A stretch of DNA of 64,000 bases from Hormiphora californensis (Eukaryota > Animalia > Ctenophora). Both the position numbers and the translations under genes were made by a program. Location of the stretch: assembly GCA_020137815.1 (NCBI GenBank), contig CM035351.1, positions 186,001 to 250,000 on the forward strand, read 5' to 3'. Of the stretch, positions 49,607 through 63,273 are shown in pieces; the stretch's first letter is position 1; the number at the start of each line of letters is the position of its first letter. The notes beneath the pieces are model-generated. The model saw only the letters and a list, made by a program, of their open reading frames with translations, was not told the DNA's origin and ran no database searches.

Positions 49607-52600
49607 ACCCCCAACAACTACAAGTACCTCTCATCCAACTAGACCCACAGCTACTACAAGTACCTGTCATCCAACTAGACCCCCAACTACTACAAGTACC
49701 TCTCATCCAACTAGACCCCCAACAACTACAAGTACCTCTCATCCAACTAGACCCCCAGCAACTACAAGTACCTCTCATCCAACTAGACCCCCAACTACTA
49801 CAAATACCTGTCATCCAACTAGACCCCCAGCAACTACAAGTACCTCTCATCCAACTAGACCCCCAGCAACTACAAGTACCTCTCCACTAGACCCCCATCA
49901 CCAGTACCTGTCATCCAACTAGACCCCCAGCTACTACAAGTACCTCTCATCCAACTAGACCCCCAGCAACTACAAGTACCTCTCATCCAACTAGACCCCC
50001 AGCTACTACAAGTACCTCTCATCCAACTAGACCCCCAGCAACTACAAGTACCTCTCATCCAACTAGACCCCCAGCTACTACAAGTACCTCTCATCCAACT
50101 AGACCCCCAGCTACTACAAGTACCTGTCATCCAACTAGACCCCCAGCAACTACAAGTACCTCTCATCCAACTAGACCCCCAGCAACTACAAGTACCTCTC
50201 ATCCAACTAGACCCCCAGCTACTACAAATACCTCTCATCCAACTAGACCCGCAGCAACTACAAGTACCTCTCATCCAACTAGACTCCCAACAACTACAAG
50301 TACCTCTCATCCAACTAGACCCCCAGCTACTACAAGTACCTCTCATCCAACTAGACCCCCAGCTACTACAAGTACCTCTCATCCAACTAGACTCCCAACA
50401 ACTACAAGTACCTCTCATCCAACTAGACCCACAGCTACTACAAGTACCTGTCATCCAACTAGACCCCCAACTACTACAAGTACCTCTCATCCAACTAGAC
50501 CCCACAACTACATCCCTCTCATCCAACTAGACCCCCATCTACAATACCCTCCCAACTAGCACTACAAATACCTCTCACCAATAACCCCACAACCCCCAGC
50601 AAACTACAGTCCCTCATCCAACTAGACCCCAAACAACTACAAGTACCTCTCATCCAACTAGACCCCCAGAACTCAAGTACCTCTCATCCAACTAGACCCC
50701 CACTACCAAGTACCTCTCATCCAACTAGACCCCCAACAACTACAACTGTACTCAAGCCCCCACATCCAACTAACCCACAACTACACCCAGTACCAGTACC
50801 AATCCAACTAGACCCCCAGACTACAATACTCCATCCAACTAGACCCCACACAACAAGTACTCTCATCCAACAACCCCCCTACAAGTACCTCTCATCCAAC
50901 TAGACCCCGCACTACAAATACACCCTCTCATCCAACTAGACCCCGCACTACTACAATACCTCTCATCCAACTAGACACCCACAACACAATACCTCTCATC
51001 CAACTAGACCCACAGCTACTACAAGTACCTTGCATCCAACTAAAACCCCCAACTACTACAAAACCCCTCTCATCCAACTAGACCCCAACAACTACAAGCC
51101 TACCGTCTCATCCCACTAGACTCCCCACAACTACAAGTACCTCTCATCCAACTAGACCCACACAACAAGTACCTCTCATCACTAGACCCCATACTAAAGT
51201 ACCTCTCATCCAACTAGACCCGCAGCTACTACAAGTACCTCTCATCCAACTAGACCCCCCCAGCTACTACAAGTACCTCTCATCCAACTATACCCCCCAG
51301 CCTACTACACAAGTAACTCTCTCCATCCAACCTAGACCCAGCATCTCTACAAGTACCCTCTCATCCAACTATAGACCCCCAGCTACTACAAGTACCTCTC
51401 ATCCAACTAGACCCCAGCACGTATACAAAGCCCAGCTACTACAATACCTCTCATCCAACTAGACCCAGAACAGTACCCCAACTAGCACTAACAAGTACCT
51501 GTCATCACTAGACCCCCAGCTACTACAAGTACCTCTCATCCAACTAGACCCGCAGCTACTACAAGTACCTCTCATCCAAACTAGACCCCCCAGCAAACTA
51601 CAAGTACCTCTCATCCCAACCTAGACCCCCAGCTACTACAAATACCTCTCATCCAACTAGACTCCCAACAACTACAAATACCTCTCATCCAACTAGACCC
51701 CCAGCTACTACAAGTACCTCTCATCCAACTAGACCCCCAGCTACTACAAGTACCTCTCATCCAACTAGACCCCCAACAACTACAAGTACCTCTCATCCAA
51801 CTAGACCCCCAGCTACTACAAGTACCTCTCATCCAACTAGACCCCCAGCTACTACAAGTACCTGTCATCCAACTAGACTCCCAACAACTACAAGTACCTG
51901 TCATCCAACTAGACCCCCAGCAACTACAAGTACCTGTCATCCAACTAGACCCCCAGCAACTACAAGTACCTCTCATCCAACTAGACCCCCAGCTACTACA
52001 AGTACCTCTCATCCAACTAGACCCCCAGCTACTACAAGTACCTCTCATCCAACTAGACCCCCAGCAACTACAAGTACCTCTCATCCAACTAGACCCCCAG
52101 CTACTACAAGTACCTCTCATCCAACTAGACCCCCAGCTACTACAAATACCTGTCATCCAACTAGACCCCCAGCAACTACAAGTACCTGTCATCCAACTAG
52201 ACCCCCAGCAACTACAAGTACCTCTCATCCAACTAGACCCCCAGCTACTACAAGTACCTCTCATCCAACTAGACCCCCAGCTACTACAAGTACCTCTCAT
52301 CCAACTAGACCCCCAACAACTACAAGTACCTCTCATCCAACTAGACCCCCAGCTACTACAAGTACCTCTCATCCAACTAGACCCGCAGCTACTACAAGTA
52401 CCTCTCATCCAACTAGACCCCCAGCAACTACAAGTACCTCTCATCCAACTAGACCCCCAGCAACTACAAGTACCTGTCATCCAACTAGACCCCCAGCAAC
52501 TACAAGTACCTCTCATCCAACTAGACCCCCAGCTACTACAAATACCTCTCATCCAACTAGACCCCCAGCAACTACAAGTACCTCTCATCCAACTAGACCC

Positions 52601-53232
52601 CCAGCTACTACAAATACCTCTCATCCAACTAGACTCCCAACAACTACAAATACCTCTCATCCAACTAGACCCCCAGCTACTACAAGTACCTCTCATCCAA
52701 CTAGACCCCCAGCTACTACAAGTACCTCTCATCCAACTAGACCCCCAGCTACTACAAGTACCTGTCATCCAACTAGACCCCCAGCTACTACAAGTACCTG
52801 TCATCCAACTAGACCCCCAACTACTACAAGTACCTCTCATCCAACTAGACCCCCAGCTACTACAAGTACCTCTCATCCAACTAGACCCCCAGCAACTACA
52901 AGTACCTCTCATCCAACTAGACCCCCAGCAACTACAAGTACCTGTCATCCAACTAGACCCCCAACTACTACAAGTACCTCTCATCCAACTAGACCCCCAG
53001 CAACTACAAGTACCTCTCATCCAACTAGACCCCCAACAACTACAAGTACCTCTCATCCAACTAGACTAGGACTCTACTACAAGTACCTCTCATCCAACTA
53101 GACCCCCAGCAACTACAAGTACCTCTCATCCAACTAGACCCCCAGCAACTACAAGTACCTCTCATCCAACTAGACCCCCAGCTACTACAAGTACCTCTCA
53201 TCCAACTAGACCCCCAACAACTACAAGTACCA
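49579..53232 (+). repeat. 36-bp minisatellite (~100 copies) spanning a putative stop codon: CTACAAGTACCTCTCATCCAAC-TAG-ACCCCCAGCTA
   Basis: The first copy is the end of exon 49529-49606; noisy segment at about 50500-51630. Confidence 0.9.
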
Positions 53233-53989
53233 ACCAACTAGCCAACACTCTCAACTAGCTAACTGAAGGGTCTCATGAAGCAATGACGGAGATACAGACT
53301 AACATATATGTTACATCAACATGTCAAGACTCTGGGGGTAACATGTCAGTAGGTCGTGGGACTAAGGGGTGAAAAGTGTTCATGTTGCTAAAAGACTGTT
53401 TTATGTGAAGGACTATTTTAACTTGTTCAATAATTGCGTAAAATAGTGTCATCCAGAGAAAATTCTCTGAGGCTAAAATCGAGTAAAAAGCCCAATCGTA
53501 AAACATACATTAACATGCATTTATAAACCAACATTTATAAAACCAACTGAACCGTCAGAAAAAAGAAACTATGGAAGAAAAGTCTAGAAGTTGAAAAGTT
53601 TAAAAAATTTATCTAGAGGAGTCCGTGAAATTTTTCTTCACGTTCTATAGCAACCCTGGACTTTTACCCAAGGTGTTTCGTCAGGGTGTTTTCAACAAAT
53701 AGTTCGGTGGAATGGATCTGCAACTTTCTGGTGGTAATGCTTTGGTAGGGTTTGAAAAGGCATCTAAGGCGAAACACCGCTAACTTCGGGGATAATTAAT
53801 GATCATAGCCGGGATCTCAGATCTTCATACACCTGGCACAATCTAGAAGGAAGTGAGTGTCGTCTTCAATAATGGGGTTGAAGTGTGGTAATAGATTCTA
53901 GAACTTCCAGATCGGGTGTCTTACAGGAAGGGCACAGCCTTTCCTCCTCCTAAGTTACAGCCCTTCAAGGATACCACACCATTTTTCAT

Positions 53990-55582
53990 CTAATCAAGTT
54001 CAAGTCTCGGCCATATGATAGAAAAGCCAGTCTTATCATAACTGCGAAGTTTCCAGATGCCGTGTAATTTATCGAGGGAGGGAGTTAGAGTATTTATGTT
54101 GCTACAGACGGTAATATGACTGTCGATCGGCCGCTCAGAAACGTAGAAATATATCTGTTGTAGAAAATCAGGGTCTTGGTGAAAGTGAGCATCTGTTTGA
54201 GCCTCTAGAATGTCCTGATCTTCCACCAAAGTTAATGTTACAACGGGCCATGACTGTTCATCTTCCAAAGTCACAGAAACATCAACAGCCACTTTACATC
54301 TTTTATCGGACTCATAAGGGTTATCCTCACAGTAGCTAGGTCCAACAAATCCATGTAGAACGAGGAACAGGCGCTCAGAATGGTGAAAAGGAAAACTCGG
54401 CTTAAAAATTTTTAACCCAGCACAAGCTAAATTACATTCACTGCCCTGCTTTTCTTTCATATAATTCCTCAAAATATTCTCAACTTCATAATGGTCTTTA
54501 CCCAATAAAGGGAAAGCCCAGAAAGGGTTTCCAGATGATCGTCTATCCATTGCTGCTGTTATTGCATTAACAATTTCCGGGGATAATCCGGAACCAAATA
54601 CGTCACAGCAGTAGTCCAGTGACGATGAAAACTGGGTGCAAGACCTAATTCTCGGTTCATTATCAAGTACCCTAACAGCGTCCAACATCGTTCTACATTC
54701 CCCAAGGGCCGGTATTACAATAGGGTACACAATACTGTTCTGGGTATTTGAAACACCACTATTACCTGAGCTAGTAATACTAACAACGGGAGGAGAAGCA
54801 GTGACCCTAGCAAACACATCAAAAAGAGACAGAAGATCTTCCTTGGAGAGAGACCGTTGAACAGTAGTCACTAGTTGCAGGTACAAAGCTTGATCAGCTT
54901 GGAAGCAGAGAGTAAGGGATGGGAGAGTCAGGAACCTCTTTTCAACATCAGTCAGTTTCACAGGATGAGGTCTACCTTCCAAAGTACCAATAAGCCACTT
55001 GTAAAGAGGTATCACCTCCCCTTCCCCTGCCAGGGATAAACTCAGGTGGGTATACCAGAAGTCCTGATTGTTAGGATCACGGGATAGGAAATCTTGGACC
55101 AGTTCCAATCGGAGAGATTCCCCCAGTTTGGAGTTCAGAGCATCTTGGAGGTCCCTGTTGTTTCTCTCTTTTAGAATGTAGGCTGCTTCTTCAAATAGAA
55201 ACCACGCCATCTCTACAGATTGTGAAGTTAGTCTGCTGCAGAGGTCTGTGTAGTACTTCAGACATTCTTCTACCATCCATTGCACCTGGAGCACTGCACT
55301 CAGTTTGTTGACCTCCCGAAAGGTGTCCCTGGTGAGATCAACAGATCCCGAATAACACGCCTCAATGAAACACACCACTGAACAGTGGCTGAACTCCTCT
55401 ACATCCAGTTCCTTGAGTTGTTCCTCTCGGACCAGACCACGGATCACTGGGCTGTTCAGCGCTAGAGGAAAGGAGCTGGAGGACACAACTTCTCCCCCGC
55501 TACACACTAGCTGCAGATCGTTCAGACCCCTCAACTCCAGGTAGTGCCTTCCAAAGTTCATGGGCACCGTCTGTTCAATCAT
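53990..55582 (-). CDS. Intronless-CDS BTB/POZ-like domain protein (~530 aa)
   Basis: N-terminal DLQLVCSGGEV...LALNSPVIRGL...LDVEEFS...FIEACYSG...VNKLSAVLQVQWMVEEC fits a BTB fold; long clean ORF; first ATG at 55582. Confidence 0.75.
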   Translation of the reverse strand: MIEQTVPMNFGRHYLELRGLNDLQLVCSGGEVVSSSSFPLALNSPVIRGLVREEQLKELDVEEFSHCSVVCFIEACYSGSVDLTRDTFREVNKLSAVLQVQWMVEECLKYYTDLCSRLTSQSVEMAWFLFEEAAYILKERNNRDLQDALNSKLGESLRLELVQDFLSRDPNNQDFWYTHLSLSLAGEGEVIPLYKWLIGTLEGRPHPVKLTDVEKRFLTLPSLTLCFQADQALYLQLVTTVQRSLSKEDLLSLFDVFARVTASPPVVSITSSGNSGVSNTQNSIVYPIVIPALGECRTMLDAVRVLDNEPRIRSCTQFSSSLDYCCDVFGSGLSPEIVNAITAAMDRRSSGNPFWAFPLLGKDHYEVENILRNYMKEKQGSECNLACAGLKIFKPSFPFHHSERLFLVLHGFVGPSYCEDNPYESDKRCKVAVDVSVTLEDEQSWPVVTLTLVEDQDILEAQTDAHFHQDPDFLQQIYFYVSERPIDSHITVCSNINTLTPSLDKLHGIWKLRSYDKTGFSIIWPRLELD

Positions 55583-56476
55583 AGTACTGCACAATAAGGT
55601 GGGTTAGATTTAGAACAGGGGGCAGGGGAAGGTCTGTTCAGTCATAGTACTGTACAATAAGACGTGGGTTAGATTTAGAACTGGGAGGGGGCAGTGGGGA
55701 GTGGGCAACGTGGGCCACCAAACACCCAGATCATCACTTTGCAAACGCTGCTGGCCCCCGCAGCGCGGGATAAGGCAGCGATTTTCAAGGTCATCACGGG
55801 AGGAAATCGGTAAACAGAAAACAAAAGGAATTGGCATACGTTGCAGGCCCCTTATATGAGGGGGCTGCAGCGCATTCCAACAAAAGGAAGGAAATTTCAT
55901 CTGGGGAGGCAACTGAATTTTTTTCATACTCGCGCGCATGATGTTTCTATTTCATTCGGCGCTGCGTCGTGTAGCAGCGTATGTTAGTTTTCAATGCGCG
56001 TTACAATCAAGCGTTGGATACGAACCGCGCGCGAGGCAATGTGTTTGGAATGGTCGCGCGTTCCACTCGAACAGAATTGGACCGCGTGTGCAACTCTGAC
56101 GGGCTTCTCATTCTCTCCATGAGCTGCAGTTTTATGATGAAAACTAAAATACCAGGCTGTATCTCATCAAGGGAAATATTATCAGGTTCTAACAATCAAT
56201 CAACTAAATAATTTAGGAAATTAAATGCACATTTCAAAATTTAACTGTAAAATAGTAACATATTCGGTCGTCATTCCATTCGGTCAGAACTGATAACACT
56301 TGGGAGCAAGCATTTGATTTGATCCTTTGAACTAATTCCTTGGTAATTAAATTACCCCTCATCGCGTAATAGGGGCAACTTCGTAACCAAGAACTAAACC
56401 ATTCAAGATTGCTATACTGCCAATATCTGATTCAGTAACAACTGAAGAACTGAATTGAACTGATTATCGTAATTGT

Positions 56477-59400
56477 TCATCTGAGAATTCTGGGGAGGCA
56501 CCCACAACACCCACTACATAGTCCCCCAGTATCATCTGAACCAGTGTCCCTCTCTTGCTTTATTTTAGATTTGAATATCTTGTTGCTGAGGAGGGAGTTA
56601 GTTTGGCCGTCCACCGTCCTGTCTATAGACTGTATCATCTCATTTAGAATCTCTGGGGGAAAATGGGAGGTTAACTCAGGTGTGTACTGTTTAGGGTCAG
56701 GGGACTCAGGGGAGAATAAGAGGAGTGTGCAGTAGTTGTTGGGCTAGAGACAGGGAGTTGTAGGGATAGAGAGACAGGGAGTGATGTGTGTGTGACAATA
56801 GTATCACTGTGAAATACAAATCTTAGAGACACACATAACTGTGTAGATATATTGAGGCCTCCTAGAGAGGCCCAGTGTACACATGATATATGTAGGTCAA
56901 TAAAATCTATATTTTATTGACCTACATGTCAGAGCTGCCTCTCTCTGACACAGAAGATTATTGGCCCCCACTGTGTGTGTAATTCTCAGAGCTGCCTCTC
57001 TGACACAGAAGATTATTGGCCCTGCTGTGTGTGTGTGTGTAATTCTCAGAGGCCTCTCTGAAGATTATTGGGGCCCACTGTGTCTGCAATTCTCAGTTCT
57101 GAAGGAAACTACATGCAGCAGGCTGTCTTTGGCTACACAGATTGACCATTTTGGGTGTGGTAATACCTGAAAAGATATGGACGACTCGGGACCTATCAGT
57201 CGCACCAGTAGTATCAAATACCGCACATTCCATGTATTTCTCCAGGTCGAGCTGCTCTTGTAGGGCTAATGCTTCTGACTCCAACACCACTCTCTTAGAC
57301 AGCAGGTCAGCCTAAACAGTGGGATGTTACAGGTACATAGATACATATGTTAGGCATAGTTTCGCCGTATTTTCAGTCACTGAAGAGACGTACATTCGGC
57401 GAAACTATTGTTTGGCAAATCTTGTTGTTTAAATTTGAGTTAGGAAGTTCTAGTTACAAAACTGTAAAACAAGAATCTGTAAAACAAGAATCAGAAGAAT
57501 TGCATCACTTCCAGTAAACTATACTGCTGAATGTTCATGGTACATGGCGAAGGAACATTGTACCATCCCATTCCCATCAGAATTGCGTCACACACATACC
57601 TTATACCATGCACCATCCCATTCCCATCAGAATCTGCGTCACACACATACCTTGTTTCCCACCAGGTAGATTACGGGGCTGGCCTTGGCTGCATGAGTCC
57701 TAATGTGTTCTACCCAAACCTTGATAGACTGGAAGGACTGACGACACGTTAGGTCAAACCTAGGGATAAAATATCGATAATAAATGACATACAGTCGTAC
57801 TTATCCTCATTATCAGTCATTAATCAACTAACATTAATTAACATTAATCAACTAACATTAATTAACATTAATCAACTAACATTAATTAACATTGAACTCA
57901 CATGAGAATAAATGCCATGCTGTCACGGTAGAGAGATGCAGTCAGGCAGCTGAATCGGGGATCTCCACTGGTATCCCATAGCTGCATGTGTATCCTATAA
58001 CGATGGAAATTCACCTGAGAAAAATAAAGAATTGTTTCAGCAGTACTAAGGACGTAGGTACTAGATGTAATAATCATACTACTTACTATTCAAATTGTCA
58101 GTGCTACATCACCTAGCAACTACACCTGCACGTGCAATTATTAGAGCAACTTAGAAACCTCACTCCCAGTTGCAGTTTTGGGTACCAAGGGGAAATTCAA
58201 TTCTGCACGTGCATTCTTTTACTTCTGTCCTGATGTCTAGCTCTTCCACCCCAAGCGCTATTCGGCAACGGTCATCTGGGTCCGGAAGATCTGCTGCTGT
58301 CAGGGAGCAGGCTAGAGAATATGACAAATTACGCCAACGTGTTCAAGCCAATCAACGACTACGGATAGCTTTACCCAACGTCGCCCAAGGGTGATTACTC
58401 CAGTCGAATATAGAAATCTCCGAATCGGGTGCATAGCGGCCAAGTTTTCACGTGATGAATTTCTGGAACAGCACTGTACCTCCATGACATTGATCTCTTA
58501 AATTCGCACCTTGACATTGTCAGGAAGCCCAGAGCGTACAACAACATGGGTAGGGAGAAAGTGAGAGATAGGCTAGGAACGGATGGTGCAGGTGATGTCA
58601 GCGTTCCCTAATCCAGCTACCATTTCCCCGAAATTCGCCCGTAGGGCGAACGGGCCTACTAGTAATAATAATAATAATAATATTCCGCGCTTATATACCG
58701 CCCATACCCGACAGAGACATGCCAAAATATTGACGATGTTCCGCCGAATCATCAGAGCGGTATATCCTCGACTAATTATATGACACACTCGAACAGCTCT
58801 GGTTGAAAAACAATATATAGACGACTAAATAAACTTGACTTATAAAACTGAGGGAATAACTGGTCCCATAATCCTGTAGATATAAATTAAAACACACATT
58901 ACTCACACCTGCTCGAAAAAAAAGGATACTAGGTAATGAATTAATAACATGGCCAGAGAGAGGATGACACTGATTGCCCGCAGGCCCCACAACTACAACA
59001 AACATTACAACTCAGCCATGGGTTCCCCATCACCCATTCCAAATGCACCAACGAAGAGATGTGTTTTCAGCCGGGTTTTGAAAGTATCCACATTGGGGAT
59101 TGACCTGAGCTCAAGAGGAAGCTCATTCCAGACAGAAGGCAGGAATACTGATAACCTCCTACGTCTCAACTTAGAGTTGGCATTGATACTGGTCATCTTT
59201 GGATGTTTTAACCTATAGGGATCCGGAACATTAGTCATCCTCGTTGTCCTAGAGGTTCCCCAAGTCTCATCACGTGGCACCAAATCCTGGAGATAACACG
59301 GGGCTGTTCCATTGACTATTTTATAGGCAATCAAACATGCTTTGAAGTCCAACCTGTAGGAGATCGGTAAAATATGACACTGCCTGAAATACTCCATGTA

Positions 59401-62400
59401 GTTGTCCTGGTGTCCGTGGAGGTTAAATACAAAACGAACACAGGCATTGAGAAGCTTCTGGAGCCCACTGAGAACTCGACCAGGAAGTCCACAATACAGA
59501 ATGTTACTGTAGTCTATCCTCGATAAAATCAACTGTTTGACCAACATTATCTTTGTTGGGATATCAAAACACCTGTGCAGTTGCCAAAGGTTTCGTAACA
59601 TCAGCCCACACTGTTTCCTCACATTGTTAACCTGTCGTTCAAGGCCAAGATTATGATCCAAGAGAATTCCCAGGGTTTTACCATCTGTTCCACTACATTC
59701 ACTGGGGGAGATTTCCGTTCCTCCAAAGTTGATAACTGGATCAAAAGAGACTTTGCTTAGAGAACTGCGCTTTCCAAGCAGGATGAATTCCGTTTTGGCC
59801 TCATTACACTTCAACCACTGCCCTACCATCCACCTCTTCACTTTCGCCAGACACTCCTCAATATCCACCTTTGCCTCAACCCAGCCAGCAGCATCCGTAG
59901 GAACCAGACTCACGTAGAGCTGGGAATCATCTGCATATAACTTTATCCGGAGTCCATATGGCTCCACAATATCTTGTACAGCCTCGATGCAGAGTAGGAA
60001 CAAAATAGGACCAAGGAGGGACCCTTGAGGGACTCCACAAAGTAAGGCAAGGGTTTCCGAAAGGCAATCACCGACCGAAACTCTAAAAGATCTGGAACTC
60101 AAATAGCTTTTAAACCATCGGAGAGATTCACCATCCACTCCAAACCGTTTCTGCAACACCTCCAACAACTTTCCATGGTCAACCGTATCAAAAGCAGCGC
60201 TCATATCTAGACAGATAAGAGCTACTACGTTTCCTTTATCCATTTCCCCTAGAATGTCATCGAACATGCTTGCCAATAGCGTTTCGCAACTGTGACCAAC
60301 ACGATAGCCAGACTGATGTTTGCCCAAAAGAGAGTTGCGATCCAGGTAGTCATTGAGTTGCGTGAGAACTACCTTCTCAAGAAGCTTAGACAGAAATGGG
60401 ATGTTTGAAACAGGACGATAGTTGCTGAGAGCTTCACGATCTCCATACATATTCTTGATGGTAGGAAAGACAAGTGCCTCCTGGAGAGATTCTGCGACCG
60501 AAGACTGATGTAGAGACTGATTGACTATTGATGTTAATACAGGAGCCAGATCACTTATACACTCCTTTATCACCCAAGTGGGCAACGGGTCCAGGTCACA
60601 GTGCTTGCTGGACATCGATTTCACTAATGAAACAAGTTCCTCCTCAGATATCTCTTTGAATTCATTCCATGTTGTATGACAGGATTTTCCAGATTCCACA
60701 AAATCGCCAGCCTGCTGCTGCTCCTCATTGACTTGGGTCCGAATTTTGGTCACCTTTGAACTAAAGAACTTTGAAAAATCATCAGCCAGGTTCTTGTTGT
60801 TGGTAGTCTCAGGAAGAATAGTTTCCGCTTTTCCCAGGAGTTTCTGTAACTTTCTTTGTAGCTTCTTCGGGTCCCCTTTTGCTGCATCCAAGTCCTCTTT
60901 AACAAAAGCTGCTCTCTTTTCCTTGTCCATGTTTCCATAGAGCTTCTTCAAATCATTGAATCTCCGTTTCGCTTCCTCAGTTCCATGCTTCCTCCAGTAT
61001 CGTTCCGCACTCCTCCTCTTACGTAGTATTCCTCTTAGTTCCTCATCTCTCCACGGTTTAAACTTTTTCCCTGTCCTCACCCGTTTCCTCGGAACTCGCC
61101 TTTCCACTACACTTTCCAACCAACGATAGAAGTTTACAATACTCTCCTCTGGATCCCGGCCTAGTTCAAATTCCGCTTTCTGGAGGTCCTCTCTGAATCC
61201 TTCCTTGTCCATTGACTTGTAGTCCATGTATTCTCGAAACATTGATTTCCGCATACAAGAGTTTGACAGGTCCTGTCTCACTTCAAGCCCAAACTGTACA
61301 CTATGGGGTCAATTCCGGTCAGCTCGCGAAATGCCGTGTTTTTGGCCCCAGAACGCGCAACAGAACAATCCCCTGATCATTCTGGTACCAAATATGTCCA
61401 CGCTCCGAATAGCGAAAAAAATCTGTTTCATTTTAAAGTTTTCAAATGGCTCTCATTCTCTCATTTTGCAGATTATAGATCCAAGTTTGGTCTCATTTTG
61501 TGTGCCAAACGATGGACCACATGTTAGACCCGTTTTCATGGCCATTAGACATCACACGCATTCGTAGTGGCGTCTGTTTTGGGTGGCATTTCCTGCGCTA
61601 AAAACGACATATTTTTGCGAGCCTAACCGGAAAAAACGCGCGTTTTGACCCCATAGTGCTGTACCAGGAAGTGGTCCGAAGTAGTACCATTAGGACAAAT
61701 TGTTACGTCTCCTAGATTGGTTTCCCTTGTAGTTATCACCAGGTCTAAGGTTCCACCAAGTTGGTGAGTAGGCAATAGTGGTACTCTTTGCTGAAGGTCA
61801 AATGAATCTAGAAGCTCCAATAGTTTCCTCGAGTAGAAGTTGTTCTTGTCCTGCACCTGAAAGTTCAGATCCCCTGCTATAATTGGAGTACCTTGCTTCA
61901 TAACAAGTTCTGAAAGATAGTCTCCAAACTCAGATAGGAATGTAGCTTCTGTGAGTCTTGACTTAGTTGTGTATGGTGGACGATAAACATTACAGAGTCT
62001 CTTTGGTTGATCTCTGTCACTGATGAGAACCTCCTGCACTTGAAAAGACTTAAACTTTGTCTTCACTGGGCACTGTCGAAGGACTATACCGTCCCGAAAA
62101 AGAATTCCTATTCCTCCACCTCCTCTGTCTCCTCGTGGACATGATAAAATATCCCATCCATTATCCCTAATCTCCTGGAGTTTCCCAGTATCCGTAGACT
62201 TCAAAAAGGTTTCCTGTACGAGACAGATATCACAATCCTCTTCTTCCAGATGAGAAATAACACCTCCAGTTTTGTTAACAAGAGAGCGAATGTACCAAAA
62301 GTTTTCAGGACCTGACGGTAATATCGCACACGCTGCTCGACCTCTCACCCTTGTTTCTCACCCTTGTCTCGACAAGTTTCCTGCCACCCCAGTCCCCAGT

Positions 62401-63273
62401 ACCCCACTCTCGGTAAGCGGTAAAGGTTGACCCGTCTCCTGAGAATTATATTTTTATTTGGCCATAACTCAGCCATTTCTTGACTAATTTGCAAAATATT
62501 GGGCACGTTGGAAAGAGGACATTGAGCTCTTTCAGATGAGCCCAAGAAAATCAAAATCGGCGCAAATTGCGCGGCTTTGCGCGGCGCAATGGCGCAAAAT
62601 GCGCGTTTTCGCCACTACGCCGCGCAATTTGCGCCAATTTTCATTTTATTGGGCTCATTTTAAAGATCTTAATGTATTCTTTCCAATGAGCCCAAGATTT
62701 TGCAAATTGGTCAAGAAATGGCTGAGTTATGGCCAAAACAGTTTTAAATTCTCAGGAGACGGGTCAACCTTTACCGCTTACCCCCACTCTCACCCTTGTT
62801 TCTCACCCTTGTTTCTCACCCTTGTTTCTCACCCTTGTCTCGACGAGCCCGAGGCCAGGTGTAGGGAGTGTAAACTCAGGATCGTAGTAAGCGTCTTTAT
62901 ACAAGTTGAGAACTGAAGATTTGCCAACACCACAATCCCCAACACAGGTAAACTGAATGAGGGGATTTGATGAAATAAAGGGGGATCTAAAGGGACCTTG
63001 TCACTTGACATATATGTCATAGACCATGGTAAATATTTCACAAAGAGATATCATTATTATTATCATTATTACCTTCCACAGGTAATCGTATTGGACATCC
63101 CTGAGATATTCATCACTGCCATTGACATAGCTGAGGGGGGCCTTGACAAATGTCAAATTGTCAGGCCCAGATAGAGTGTTGTAGTTTTGAGGTTTCTTAA
63201 CTTTCTTTCTCTTTTGGCTGGCAATGAGCCCGTAACTGGAGTTAAAAGATTCCGCATCGGATACAGTGCTCAT
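56477..63273 (-). CDS. Atypical Rab-like small GTPase, ~287 aa
   Basis: Exons 63273-63073, 62952-62833, 58014-57902, 57759-57651, 57311-57167, 56652-56477, all phase-consistent. Motifs YDYLWKFTCVGDCGVGKS, QLWDTSGDPRF, FDLTCRQSF, LVGNKADL. Confidence 0.85.
58662..62310 (-). mobile_element. 5'-truncated L2/CR1-group LINE (APE endonuclease + reverse transcriptase ORF2) in a Rab intron
   Basis: EN motifs LVQET, NVYRPP, GDLN, TLDLV, SDH (61659-62310). RT motifs NYRPVS, DMSAAFD, GVPQGS, YADD, FKTRLKTHLF (59005-61281). (ATT)n tail at about 58662-58684. Confidence 0.93.
61299..61658. mobile_element. Non-autonomous Transib-like MITE (360 bp)
   Basis: TIR CACTATGGGGTCAA / TTGACCCCATAGTG; 5-bp TSD CTGTA at 61294-61298 and 61659-61663. 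Confidence 0.85.
62412..62782. mobile_element. Mutator-like MITE with long TIRs
   Basis: TIR GGTAAGCGGTAAAGGTTGACCCGTCTCCTGAGAATT with further internal inverted homology; 9-bp TSD CCCACTCTC at 62403-62411 and 62783-62791. Confidence 0.88.

Noticed and set aside
58662-62310. This LINE as the trans-mobilising partner of the ORF1-only elements
   Set aside because: Its 3' end ((ATT)n tail) shows no visible similarity to either ORF1-only 3' end; its lack of ORF1 is ordinary 5' truncation.
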